From assembly GCF_030684315.1 (NCBI RefSeq), contig NC_081361.1:14807861-14871860 (forward strand): 64,000 nt of DNA. The letters run 5' to 3'. Both the position numbers and the translations under genes were made by a program. Numbering within the stretch: the stretch's first letter is position 1; every line of letters starts with the position of its first letter. This DNA is from Stegostoma tigrinum (Eukaryota). The notes under the pieces are model-generated. The model saw only the letters and a list, made by a program, of their open reading frames with translations. It was not told where the DNA came from and did no database searches. Positions 11,148-23,400 of this stretch are shown piece after piece.

Positions 11148-13621
11148 TGGGGGTGGGTAGAGAGGGAGAAACGCACTAACAAAGACAGTGTGGAAATGCA
11201 GATAGGCAGAATAGGAGAAAGAGACAGTAAAAGAGATTGACTCTGTGGTAATAAACCAATTGAGGAAAGCCACGCACACACTGTGGTTAGTTTAACCCAT
11301 TATGACTTTTCTCACTATGTGGAATTGCAGGTTTGCCTGTCTATATGTGTATAATAGATTCCATCCAAAATAACAAAAATAAATAAGGCAGACACATTTG
11401 CATACAGTAAAACTGGGCCTCACGTACCCAAATTATATTGATCTTATGCAGGCTCAGGAATACTGGCATAATTTATCCTTCTCCACAAATGAATCTCAGA
11501 GATGCCCTTTGATCCAGTCTCCTTTTCAATCTGGATACTACAAGCAAAACGGTTCTAACATTCAATATCCACAGCTGCAGAATGGACTAAGGCAGGGTTT
11601 GTTACCATGACAAAGGTGGAAGGAAACTGTCCCCGACCTCAGCTGGACCCATGAATGAGGAGAGTCTCATTTCTAACCAGGCTTCCAGAGCAATGCATCA
11701 GGATGTTGAAATAATGGTAGCACCCCCTCCTTAGCCTTTAGGCTATAGTTATGCTGAACCTGAACTTTGTGCTGGCGTAACTTCACTTTAACACTCCTGA
11801 AAAGAAGTTGCAAAATCACAAGCGAAACAACCAAAGATTTGTCCACCTCATTCCCCTAATCCTCAACCCAGAACAAATAGTCATTCTGTGGTGGCACCTT
11901 CCCTTGCTCTCGAATCCGATTTTGGAAAAGTGCACAGACCAAATTTCAAGATTGATTAATGACTAATTTTCCCTTAGCCAGACCAAAGAAGTAAAAATTA
12001 TTGTACTGTTTGTAATGCTACACCGGAATAGATCCTGGACTTGCTTAGAGCCATCAGAACTGCAGCAGAGTGGATATCATTTTCTTGTTTACTCATTTTC
12101 CTGAACTTGCCTCTCGCTGCAGATGGATAACAGATTTAAAGTAGGCTTTCCCTTCTGGTTGAAATTCTAATATGCTGCAAAGCAGTCACCATGTAGCTGA
12201 AGCAAGGACCAAACAGCTGCAAGGACCCACTCACTCCACTCCAACACCCACACTGAGATCTGTTCACCATAAACAAATGGAGTGTTCAAATCAATAGATA
12301 AACCAACTGCTGGAGCATTAAGTAGTGAAACAAAGGGCACATAACAAGGAAACTACTGAACATCAGATGATAGCAAGAACTGGGAAGGGTTAAGGAGAAA
12401 CCAGCCAGTGGATTTGGGAAGAGGCAGGAGATGAGGGGGTATAGAGATGGGTGGGGGTTGTTGGTAATTCCTGCTTTCGGTCGAAGGCCCCAAACCAAAC
12501 AGGCCTCTTGATGCAAAGCATGTTATTCCGAGAGCATTAACCTCACATGCAGACTTGGGATCAATGGCCTTTCTTGCTGGAAATGTGGCATGAAATTAAG
12601 GAAGGCATCAACTCACAGCTGCAACACAATGCCTGAAGCACATTTACATAGGACATCCTGATGAAGGTGGGCAGTCCACAGACACCCTGCAACAGCAATC
12701 ATATTGTTAGGAGAAGGTTCAGAGGGCTGTTGTTCCCTCCTGAATGGCAGAGATGTATATTTTCTACCAACCAAACCAATGAAAACCTCAGGGACTTAAC
12801 TGAAAATGATTGATCCTCTTAACCTGACTGAGCTTGAAGCTATGCAGCACCAATGCCTGTCAAAAATGGCTGCAGATGTCACTGTTCGTCAATCTCGCTT
12901 CCTGAAATGCTGGCACAGGACAAAGTGTCTAGTCACTACAAATTATTCAGTTTGCGTCAGTGCTCAATGTTTTTTCAACCTTTTAGCTTTGGCAATAATG
13001 AGTGTTCTGTCAGTCTCAGCAGTTGCTGGTAACAGGTATGCTTCAGCTAACCCACCTCCATTTATCTCTGCCTCACTGCAAGCTTAACGTCCAAGTTTAT
13101 GGCATGGCAATATCAGGGGCCTCACTCGGATCGATTTGAATAACCACCATCGGAGAAACTGGAAGGCAGATGATGGAAAAGTAATTTTAAACTGACTGCC
13201 ACCACTATAGAGTGGAAACGCATCCTGCTCAACTGAACGAAGCTTAGAAAACAAAAAAGTGGTCCAGTGAAATGGTGCCTCAGCAATGCCAAGAAATTCA
13301 GTTTATCTTATGGTAGTGGTTCTTAACTATATTTAACTATTCTTTTCATGACTGTAGAGGTACTTTGGGACTTACAGACATGAATGATATCACAATCATC
13401 AGATCTAAAGATCTGGTCATCCACTGAATTTGAGAGTATTAACTGCTGGCATTGCACATGCAGTTAGTATCCGAAATCCTATTCACATTTTATTGGCTTT
13501 ATAGAGGAAATATGAAAAGACAAAGCTTCACAATCTGCTCAACTTATTTTGACTATGCCCTAGTAAAATATCTATAAGAAACACCTATTGCTACAGCACT
13601 TAGGTATCCAACCATTCTCAC

Positions 13622-15845
13622 AATAAACAATAGGTACAGGAGTAGGCCATTCGGCCCTTTGAGCCAGCACCGCCATTCATTATGGTCATGGCTGATCATC
13701 CACAATCAGTATCCTGTTCCTGCCTTATCCCCATAACCCTTGATTCCACTATCTTTAAGAGCACTATCCATCTCTTTCTTGAAAGTATCCAGAGACTTGG
13801 CCTCCACTGCCTTCTGGGGCTGAGCATTCCATATATCCACCACTCTCCGGGTGAAGACGATTCTCCTCAACTCTGTTCTAAATGGCCTACCCCGTATTTT
13901 TAAGCTGTGTCCTCTGGTTCTGGACTCCCCCATCAGCGGAAACATGCTTCCTGCTTCCAAAGTGTCCAATCCCTTAATAATCTTATACGGCTCAATCAGA
14001 TCCCCTCTCATCCTTCTAAACTCAAGTGTATAGAAGACCAGTCACTCCAATCTTTCAACATATGATATTCCTGCCATTCCGGGAATTGACCTCGTGAACC
14101 TACGCTGCACTCCCTCAATAGCCAGAATGTCATTCCTCAAATTTGGAGACCAAAATTGCACACAATACTCCAGGTGCAGTCTCACTAGGGCCCTGTACAG
14201 CTGCAGAAGGACCTCTTTGCTCCTATACTCAATCCCTCTTGTTATGAAGGCCAGCAACCCATTAGCTTTCTTCACCGCCTGCTGTACCTGCAAGCTTGCT
14301 TTCATTGACTGATGTACAAGAACACCCAGATCTCGTTGTACTTCCCTTTTACCTAACTTGACTCCATTTAGATAGCAATTTGCCTTCCTGTTCTTGCTAC
14401 CAAAGTGGATAACCACACATTTATCCACATTAAACTGCACCTGCCATGCATCTGTCCACTCACCTAGCCTGTCCAAGTCACCCTCATAACGTCTTCCTCA
14501 CATTTCACCCTGCCACCCAGCTTTGTGTCATCAGCAAATTTGCGAATATTACTTTTAATGCCTTCATCTATATCATTAATGTATATTGTAAATACCTGCG
14601 GTCCCAGCACCAAACCTTATGGAACCCCACTGGCACCGCCTGCCATTCTGAAAGGGACCCGTTTATCACTACTTTTTGCTTCCTGTCAGCCAGCCAATTT
14701 TCAATCCAAGCCAGTAGTTTTCCCCCAATACCATGCACCCTAATTTTGCTCAATAATCTCCTATGCGGGACTTTATCAAAGGCTTTCTGAAAGTCCAGGT
14801 ATACCGCATCCACTGGCTCTCCCTTGTCCATCTTCATAGTTACATCCTCAAAAAATTCCAGAAGATTCGTCAAGCACGATTTTCCCCTCGTAAATCCGTG
14901 CTGACTCTGACCTATCCTGTTACTGCTATCCAAATGATTCGTAATTTCATCTTTTATAATTGACTCCAGCATCTTTCCCACCACTGACGTCAGGCTAACC
15001 GGTCTATAATTCACTGTTTTCTCTCTCCCTCCTTTCTTCAAAAGTGGGACAACATTAGCCACCCTCCAATCCACAGGAACTGATCCTGAATCTATAGAAC
15101 ATTGGAAAATAATTACTAATACATCCACGATTTCTACAGCTACCTCCTTAAGTACCCTGGGATGCAGACCATCAGGTCCCGGGGACCTATCAGCCTTCAG
15201 ACCTAACAATCTATCCAACACCATTTCCTGCCTAATATAAATTCCCTTCAGTTCATCCATTACCCTAGGTCCTTCAGTCCTATTATACCTGGGAGATTAC
15301 TTGTGTCTTCCCTAGTGAAGACAGATCCAAAGTACCTACTCAACTCTTCTGCCATTTCCTTGTTCCCCATAATAAATTTACCCATTTCTGTCTTCAAGGG
15401 CCCAATTTTAGTCTGAACCATTTTTTTTTCCTTTTCACATACCCTAAAAAAAAGCTTTTATTATCCTCCTTTATATTTTTGGCCAGTTTGCCTTCATACG
15501 TCATTTTTTCTCCACGTATTGCCTTTCTGGTCATCCTCTGTTGCTCTTTAAAAGTTTCCCAGTCCTCCGGCTTCCCGCTCATCTTTGCTATGTTATACTT
15601 CTTCTTCTTCATCTTTATACAGTCCTTAACTTCGCTTATCAGGCACGGCCGCCCCTGCCTCCCCTTAGGATCTTTCTTCCACTTTGGAATGAACTGATCC
15701 TGCACCTTCTGCATTATATCCAGAAATACCTGCCGTTGTTGTTCCAATGCCATACCTGATAGGGTATTGAACCACTGAACTTTGGCCAGCTCCTCCCTCA
15801 TAGCTCCATAGTTTCCTTTGTTCAACTGCAATACTGACACTTCCG
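13622..15845 (-). mobile_element. CR1 LINE, 5'-truncated, frameshifted RT
   Basis: ORF pieces 15394-15840, 14568-15260, 14042-14476 and 13706-14011 carry KSPGPDG-like, NYRPVSLTS, QHGF, YLDFQKAFDKVPH, KFADDT, LEYCVQFWSP and RGDLIE motifs; the CR1 3' tail is at ~13622. Confidence 0.95.
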
Positions 15846-16473
15846 ATCACTTATCTGATGTGCTGCATTGTAAATCAGTGCTGACTAAAAGTGTGACCAT
15901 TAAGTCTTATCCAAGTATTAAAGATCCCAATGACCACACCATAATGCCATGAACTTAAGTCATAGAAAACAAGAAATCAAAAAAATTTGCTCCAGCAAAA
16001 TTAATGTCACTGCAGATAAGGCAGGGACATACCTTTGGCAGCACTTTCCACAATTATTTGTAATTGCAATGACTTGTACGATTCATCAAATGTTAATATA
16101 GGGTCCTAGAATTTACAATATAGATGGAGGCTATACAACCCATCCTGAAGACGTACCAGTTTCCAGAATAGCTACCCAGCTAGTCCCATGCTTCAGTTCT
16201 ATCTCCGTTGCCTTTGATATTCAAATGACTAATCTCACTGCCCTTCTGCTGCTGCTGGCTAAGCAAGAAGTAACTTTGTGAGGGATCTTAACCAGGGATG
16301 TGGGAGGGTGAGAGTTGATGCTCTTACTCATTTCAGTGACTATCCAGTGTGAGGATGGACCATCTGCACTGCATGACGCTTGAGTGCTGGATCACAATTT
16401 GTGCACTAACTTAACCTGCCTGACATTTTCACTTTGCAGTCTGTTTCAAAGCAGGTAGTGGTGACTGAGAAGT

Positions 16474-16700
16474 GTGGACTCGGACTCACGGGCCTCAGCG
16501 TGGACTCGGACTCCCGGTCCTCAGCGTGGACTCGGACTCCCGGGCCTCAGCGTGGACTCGGACTCCCGGGCCTCAGCGTGGACTCAGACTCCCGGGCCTC
16601 AGCATTGTCTCGGACTCCCTGGCCTCAGCGTTGTCTCAGACTCCCGGGCCTCAGCGTTGCCTCGGACTCCCAGGCCTCAGCGTGGTCTCAGACTCTCAGC
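16474..16700. repeat. 26-bp GC/CpG-rich minisatellite (8 full copies plus one partial)
   Basis: Unit gtggactcggactcccgggcctcagc, diverging toward the right end. Confidence 0.95.
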
Positions 16701-16799
16701 ACTATCAACCTCTGAGGTGAAGTCCGGTACAGCGTGGGTTGAAAGGACTGTCATTCCAAACTCTTATTTCTCAATTTTTCTAATTTATTGCGAGACATT

Positions 16800-16960
16800 T
16801 TATTTCTTTGTTTTTCTATTTTTCCCCACCATGCATTTGTACTTAAAAAGCTGTACCTAGATATATTGGCACCTAAGATCACGCCATAAGTGGTGACTTG
16901 TAAACTTTTCACTGTACTCACATAAATACATGTGACAATAAGCCTAATTCTAATTCTACA
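16800..16960 (+). mobile_element. LINE/SINE 3' tail resembling the Rex1/Babar ends
   Basis: cttttcactgtac...tacatgtgacaataa followed by ctaattctaattcta; similar ends at ~1790-1845 and ~46085-46125. Confidence 0.5.
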
Positions 16961-17044
16961 AAAGTCAACCACAGCTATTTCAAGGGCTTTCATAACCATA
17001 TCCAGAGACATTTCATTCAGTGTAAAATGCTGTGCTTGTCAAAT

Positions 17045-17250
17045 GGGACACGGTCTATGTGGAGAGCAAGTAGGGACGGGAGAGAGGGAGTGGACGGGAT
17101 GTATGTGGAGAGTGAGGAGAGACGGGGGGAGAGGAAGTTGATGGGGTATGGACGTGGAAGAGGGAGTGGACAGGGTGTATGTGGAGAGCGAGTAAGTAGG
17201 GGGGAGGGAGTGGATGGGGTGTATGTGGAGACTGAGTGAGTAGGGGAGAG
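17045..17250. repeat. Degenerate purine/G-rich tandem repeat
   Basis: gtatgtggagag...gggagagggagtgga recurs about four times. Confidence 0.8.
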
Positions 17251-17344
17251 ACAAACAGTTATTTTAACAACTAGGCTGCATCAGCACTCAGGCAGAAAGG
17301 AAATTGAATGTTGGACTTGAGAATTTGGGAGTAAACTTAGATCA

Positions 17345-19215
17345 TAAGTGAGCCACGAAGAGCTGGCCAAATGGATACAAAACTGGCTTGATGGTAGGAG
17401 ACAGAGGGTGGTGGTGGGGAGTTGCTTTTCAGGCTGGAGAGTTGTGACCAGTGGTGCTCCACAGGGATCAGTGGTGGGTCCACTGATGTTTGTCATTTAT
17501 GTTTGAATGAGAATATAGGAAGGATGGTTGTCGCATTTTATAAATACCAACAAGGGTACGACTTACACAGGTTACGGTAGGGCCCTGTGTTGTTGATCAG
17601 GATCTGTGGAGAGAAATCAGATTTAATGTTTTGGATCAATTGACCCTTCCTCAGAACGAAGGTGTGGTGAAGAAGGTGTTTTGCACATTTACCTTTGTTG
17701 CTCAAAACAATGTGTACAAGGGTTGGAACATCATATTGTAGTTGCACAGGACACTGGTGAGACTATTCTTGGAGTTCTGTGGGCAGTTCTGGTCACCCTG
17801 CTACAGGAAGGATATTATTAAATTGGAAAGGGTGCAGAAAAGATTACAAGGAGTGACTAGGACTGGAGGGTTTGAGTTATAAGGAGAGTTTGGATAGACT
17901 GGGCCATTTTTTTCCCTTATTGCATTTGAGATTGAGGCGTAATCTTACAGAGGTTTATAAAATCATGAGGAGCATAGATAAAGTGAATAAGCAAGGCATC
18001 TTCCCTGAGTAGGGGAGTTCAAAACTAGAGGGCACAATTCGAAAAGGACCATAAGATCATAAGACCATAAGACCATAGGACATAGGAGTGGAAGTAAGGC
18101 CATTCGGCCCATCAAATCCACTTTGCCATTTAAATCATGGCTGATGGGCATTTCAACTCCACTTCCCTGCACTCTCCCTGTAGCCCTTCATTCCTTGTGA
18201 GATCAAGAATGTGTCAATCCCTGCCTTGAAGGCATCTTACGTCCTGGCCTCCACTGCACTCCGTGGCAATGAATTCCACAAGTCCACCACTCTCTGCCTG
18301 AGGAAATGTGGTCTCATTTCCGCTTTAAATTAACTCCCTCTAATTTTAAGGCTGTGCCCACAGGTCCTACTTTCCCCACCTAACGGAAACAACTTCCTCG
18401 CATCCACCCCTTCTAAGCCATACATTATCTTGTAAGTTTCTATTAGATCTCCCCTCAACCTTCTAAACTCTAATGAGTGCAATCCCAGGATCCTTAGCGG
18501 TTCATCATACTTTTAAACCTACCATTCCAGAGATCATCCATGTGAATCTCCGCTGGACACGCTCCAGGGCTAGTATGTCCATCCTGAGGTGTGGGACCCA
18601 AAATTGGACACAGTATTCCAAATGGGGCCTAACTAGAGCTTTATAAAATCTCAGAAGCACATCGCTGCTTTATATTCCAAACCCCTTGAGATAAACGACA
18701 ACATTACATTCGCTTTCTTAATCACGGACTCTACCTGCAAGTTAACTTTTAGAGAATCTTGGACCACACTCCCAGATCCCTTTGTACTTCTGCTTTACAA
18801 ATTTTCTCACCATTTAGAAAATAGTTCATGCCTGTATTCTTTTTCCAAAGTGCAAAACCTCACATTTACTCACATTGAATTTCATCAGCCATTTCCTGGA
18901 CCGCTCTCCTAAACTGTCTAAATCTTTCTGCAGCTTCCCCACCTCCTCAGTACTACCTGCCTATCCACCTATCTTCATATCAAAGGAGAGAGGGTAAAGG
19001 TTTAAAAGGGACCTGAGGGCCATCTTTTTACACAGAGGGTGGCCCATATGTGCTATGAACTGTCAGAGGAAGTGGTAGATGTCGGCACAGTTACCACATT
19101 TCAAAGGCACTTGGAGAGGTACATGAATAGGAACACAGGGCAATGGGACAAGGTTAGTCTGGGAAACCTGGTTGGCATGCATAATTTGGACCAGAAGTTT
19201 TATTTCTATGCTGTA
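17345..19215 (+). mobile_element. Old CR1 fragment interrupted by younger insertions
   Basis: WIQNWLDGRRQRVVV..SGAPQGSVVGPL at ~17370-17500; QFWSP region at ~17780; resumes at 18982 (FKRDLRAIFFTQRV). Contains a PLE fragment (~17590-17660) and an antisense CR1. Confidence 0.8.
18049..18981 (-). mobile_element. CR1 3' fragment nested in the previous CR1
   Basis: (ccataag)n-like tail at 18049-18080 and degenerate LEYCVQFW region at ~18600; flanked by aaagga at 18043-18048 and 18982-18987 (candidate TSD). Confidence 0.85.
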
Positions 19216-19849
19216 TGACTACGGCTAGGTACATTTTTGGCAAGTTTCATGGAAGTTTCTCTCTGCAAAGTCTGGTGAGTTTTTTTCACATTCTCTTCCC
19301 AAAAGCAATACCTATACAGCTCGTCCCAATGCTCAATCTATTTCTCCCAATCGCCTTTGGTGGAAGTTCTCATCCAGATATTCCAGGATCCCTGGTGACC
19401 AGCACCATCTTTGAAGACCTGATATGAACCTTGTCAAGCATCAGCAATCTTGAGTTTCTCCTTTCCGTGCACATGTAAGGGAGAACATCCACAAACCAAT
19501 GCACCTCTGGGCGCACAGGTGGCATTGCTAACACTGCATTGCATATATAGGTGTACACTTTTACATCCATCGTTACTGAAGAACGAAACCACCACAGTTT
19601 GTTTGTCCTTAGGTACCTGCTACCCTACTGTCTAAGTTAGCACCACTCTTTTCCCTCATACCCAGTGCAACGCAGTAGCTTCTCATTGTTCATTGTGGGA
19701 CCAGCACCTTCAAAGGGCTGAAGATGTTCACTTATATTCAACAGCAGCAATAGGAAAGAAGTTGCATTTGCCTCTTGGAACAGCAACAGTCTACTTCCCC
19801 CTACAGCGCTACATATTGGCAGTGAATGAACGATCACTGCACTCAGAGT

Positions 19850-19960
19850 TGGTGGGAACTGCAGATGCTGGAGAATCCAAGATAACAAAGTGTGGGGCTG
19901 GATGAACACAGCAGGCCAAGCAGCATCTTAGGAGCACAAAAGCTGATGTTTCAGGCCTCT
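19850..19960. mobile_element. Single-arm copy of the PLE-derived short element
   Basis: gggaactgcagatgctggagaatccaagataacaaagtgtg...gcacaaaagctgatgtttcaggcct, same family as 3021. Confidence 0.8.
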
Positions 19961-21077
19961 GGCAGCGTACGTCTAATAAGTTCTGGCCTGGCTTGTTGCA
20001 CTTGGCACTGCTGAGATCTATCACACAGAAGATAAGGGGCACCCTGCTCAATGTCCTCATCTTTCACATCAGAAGACTGTTGCTGCCTTTCAAACTCTTT
20101 GGAGTCAGTCATGTGTCATGACTCACTGGGTCGTGCACTGGAAATCAAGCCTGCCTTTCCCGGGCTTGTCACAAAATTTAAAAATTTTAATGTGAGTGCT
20201 CAAAACTGCTCCATTTTCACTCTCAAGTTACTTTTCAAGAGACATTATTTGTTGCAAGTAATTAGACTCACATAAAGGGAGAATTATAAACCCTATAATT
20301 CAGCATATAAATAGTACAAATTAAAACTCCATTCCCCCTTACAAACTCACTCACGTATAAATACAAACATATGCAAACACAGGGAAAATATGGGCAGAGG
20401 AAAACTGGGAGGCAGTTTAGTGATTCCTAATCACTGGTTGCGAGTTGGTCCTCATGATTCTTACACTGGTCAGAATGTTGCTTCTCAGTCAATTTTCTCT
20501 GAATGCTTCAACTGGTTTGCAAAGAACCACAGTGTACCCCCTGAGTTGCAACGGCAGTGTATGCAGCCAGAAGAGAAGCTATAACAAGCAGACAGAGTCA
20601 TCTCTCCCAAAAAGAACTTGATTTGGCATGCACAGCACTGTCAAAGGAACTGGGATCTTCAGGTCTTTGAAGAGAGCTTGTATTTTGAAAAGGTGACATG
20701 CGTGAAGAAATGAAACAAAGTCAGGCCCAGAGATGAACAACTCTCATTTGTAACAAACAAGATGGGTTAAGGTTAGGCCTCAACAATCTCTCAGGTCATG
20801 CTGCTATGCCATTATATTGTGATATTAACCACTGTCCGACTGATAAACTTATTAGTCTGCTGAAAGAAATGCAAAATTGAAATAACAAGGATGCCTGCTG
20901 AGAAAATACAGTTAAAAACTGAAAGAACCGTGGATGCTGTAAATCAGGAACAAAAACAAAGTTGCTAGAAAAGCTCAGAGATAATGGGAACTGCAGATGC
21001 TGGAGAATTCCAAGATAATAAAATGTGAGGCTGGATGAACACAGCAGGCCAAGCAGCATCTCAGGAGCACAAAAGCT

Positions 21078-21105
21078 GACGTTTCGGGCCTAGACCCTTC
21101 ATCAG
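21078..21105 (-). ncRNA. Minimal hammerhead ribozyme-like motif
   Basis: CTGATGA-A-GGGT(CTAG)GCCC-GAAA-CG-TC. Catalytic core intact, ACGT palindrome in place of helix III, helix I weak. Confidence 0.55.
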
Positions 21106-21149
21106 AAAAGCTCAGCAGGTCTGGCAGCATCTGTGAAGGAAAAAAACAG

Positions 21150-21187
21150 AGTTAACATTTCGGGTCAGGTGACCCTTCCTCAGAACT
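21150..21187 (-). ncRNA. Minimal hammerhead ribozyme-like motif
   Basis: AGTT-CTGAGGA-A-GGGTCA(CC)TGACCC-GAAA-TG-TT-AACT: 4-bp helix I, 5-6-bp helix II, core intact. Confidence 0.55.
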
Positions 21188-21384
21188 GCTGAGATCTATC
21201 ACACAGACGATGAGGGACACCCTGCTCGATTTCCTTTATGAGGAAAGCATGGAAGAATCAAGTTTGGAAGCAACAAGAACATGGAAAAGACTTACAACAA
21301 GTAACTGTTGAAAGCAGGAGAAAAAGCAACATTACAGAATTGTGCAGAAAGTACAGTTGCTGTGCACATTGGAAGACATTTTCA

Positions 21385-22400
21385 GTGACAACTTGCATTT
21401 ATATACATCTTTAACCTTATGAAGTACAACAAGATATCTTACAGGACTGTAGTCAGATGTTATTTATCACCAAAACAATAAAAGAACACAATTAAAACGT
21501 GGTGAAAGTTGTTTCTTTGTGAGCGTTTTAACGGTATGGGAGAAATAGAGAAGTGTAGTGGTTTCAGGAGTGAAGTCCTGAGTTTAGGGTCTTGACAGAG
21601 AGAGAGACACACAGACAGCGGGAGCACCAAAAATAAAGGAACCGCAAGAGGTCTAATTTGGACGAATAATGAACTCTTGAAGGATTGGAGATTTGAAGGA
21701 GTAGTGAGGTCTTAATTAATGAAGGGATTTGAACTTGAGAGTAAACATGATCTGGGCAAGATGTTGATAAATGAGGAGTTAATGCAGCCCATCAAAGAAA
21801 AGAGTGATAGATAAATGTAATTTTATGTGAATCAGGATTCGGACAGCAGGCCTTTGGTTCAGATTTATGAGGAAAGCATGGAAGAATCAAGTTTGGAAGC
21901 AAAAAATATATGGATAAGATTTACAGCAAGTAACTAGAAGTAGGGGGAAAAAGAGCAACGTATCAGAGGTGTATGCAAATGGCCTTTGTGATGCCGAGGA
22001 TATAAGATTAAAAGCTCAGTTTAGCGGCAAATAGAACGCAGGCTGCAAACCATCAGTTGTGCTTGAAAGAGCGGTCAAGAGAAGGGAATGGAAATGCTAA
22101 CAAGGGGACAGTCTGTATGGTAGAGCTGGAGACTGTGGCTGTGGGGTCCCCAATATTCAGCAATGAAATTATATCTCATCCAAAGATGGATGTCTGAAAA
22201 GCCGCCTTACAACACATGGGCAGAGGAGGGATTGCGTGATGGTGATTTACAGGCAGAACTGATCGGTACATATGGGTATTACAGACAGGTCTTTGTATGA
22301 TACTGCCAAAGGAGCAGCACATAAATGAGAAGAGAAAGGGACTGATAATAGGGAAAGATCTTCAACAGTACCCAGCCACAATTCACCAAATACAGTATAT
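21385..22400 (-). mobile_element. Ancient L2 LINE remnant
   Basis: L2-type 3' end (caacttgcatttatata) at ~21388 and patchy RT-like similarity at ~22170-22340. Confidence 0.45.
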
Positions 22401-22874
22401 TATCCACTCAGAAATGTTGACCTCAGGAGATGTACTCAGACTGATGAAGGTTACATGGCAATGTTTGTAGAGAGAATGATAAGGAGAAGAAGCCTGGAGT
22501 GAGAGATCAGAAAGCTGTTATTCCTGTGATGCCAAGTCGGCAGAGACGTTTTCCAATCCAGATATCAAGGCTCCAATATTCAAAGAAACATTGCAGGCAA
22601 TGTATTGTGAACATTTACAAAAAAATCCAGGATACCGGGGTATAAGTTGGACATGTTCAAGAATCATACTGCAGCATCATCATATTTGAAAAGCCATTCA
22701 GCAAGCTCTTAAGTTATCGGTTTATTGGAGTCTGTGAATGAAATACTGTAGTTGGTAAATTAGAGCCTACAGTGAGCAATCTGTTGATTGGTCATCAGAG
22801 ACGCCTATTTCTCTGAAAACCATGGACAACAGGCGTCTGCTCCTCTACTGCTGTTTTCACTCACTTTCAGCAGA

Positions 22875-23400
22875 GGTTTTGGCATTGTAATCTGGAGGCG
22901 CAGGTTAATGCTCTGGGCATATGGTTTAAAATTCCACATTGGCACCTGATGGAATTTAAATTCAATTCATAAATCTTGAATATAAAGCCAGTTTCAGTAA
23001 TGGTCACCATACATGACAGGCAATGGCCTAATGGTATCATGAATGGACTGTTAATCCAGAGACTCAAGTAATATGCTAGGAACTTGCATTTAAATCCCTT
23101 CATTGGCGGATGGTGGAACTTGAAGTCAATAAACATCTGGGATGGGAGTTGAATGATGCCCATGAACCCATGGTCAATTGTTAAGAAAATCTCAGCTGGT
23201 TCACAAATGCCCTTTAGGTGTGGGAAATCTGCCTCCTTACCTGGCCTGGGCTATATTTGATTTGAGACCCATAGCAAAGTGGTTGACTCATAACTGCCAC
23301 CTTCAATGACCAAGCCAACGACTCAGTCTAAGAGCAATTAGAGATAAGTAAAAAACTCCTGGTCTTACCAATGAAGCTCACAGCCCATCAAAGAATAAAG
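22875..23400 (+). mobile_element. Two adjacent or nested tRNA-derived SINEs (family of 10195)
   Basis: Two heads (ggtttaaaattccac..gatggaattt; gcatttaaatccc..ggtggaacttgaa), then body ggaaatctgcctccttacctggcctgg and tail. Confidence 0.6.

Larger units (their letters stand above)
20915..21187. mobile_element. PLE-derived element with a second PLE-derived element nested at 20979-21103
   Basis: A 12-bp perfect duplication agaaaagctcag at 20967-20978 and 21104-21115 flanks the inner element. Confidence 0.8.

Noticed and set aside
13706-15840. Long ORFs as a functional host gene or active LINE
   Set aside because: 5'-truncated CR1 RT broken by frameshifts.
16434-16860. Repetitive ORFs in three frames and CRISPR-like appearance
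   Set aside because: Contiguous 26-bp tandem units without unique spacers, in a vertebrate context with no cas genes; the ORFs arise from the minisatellite.
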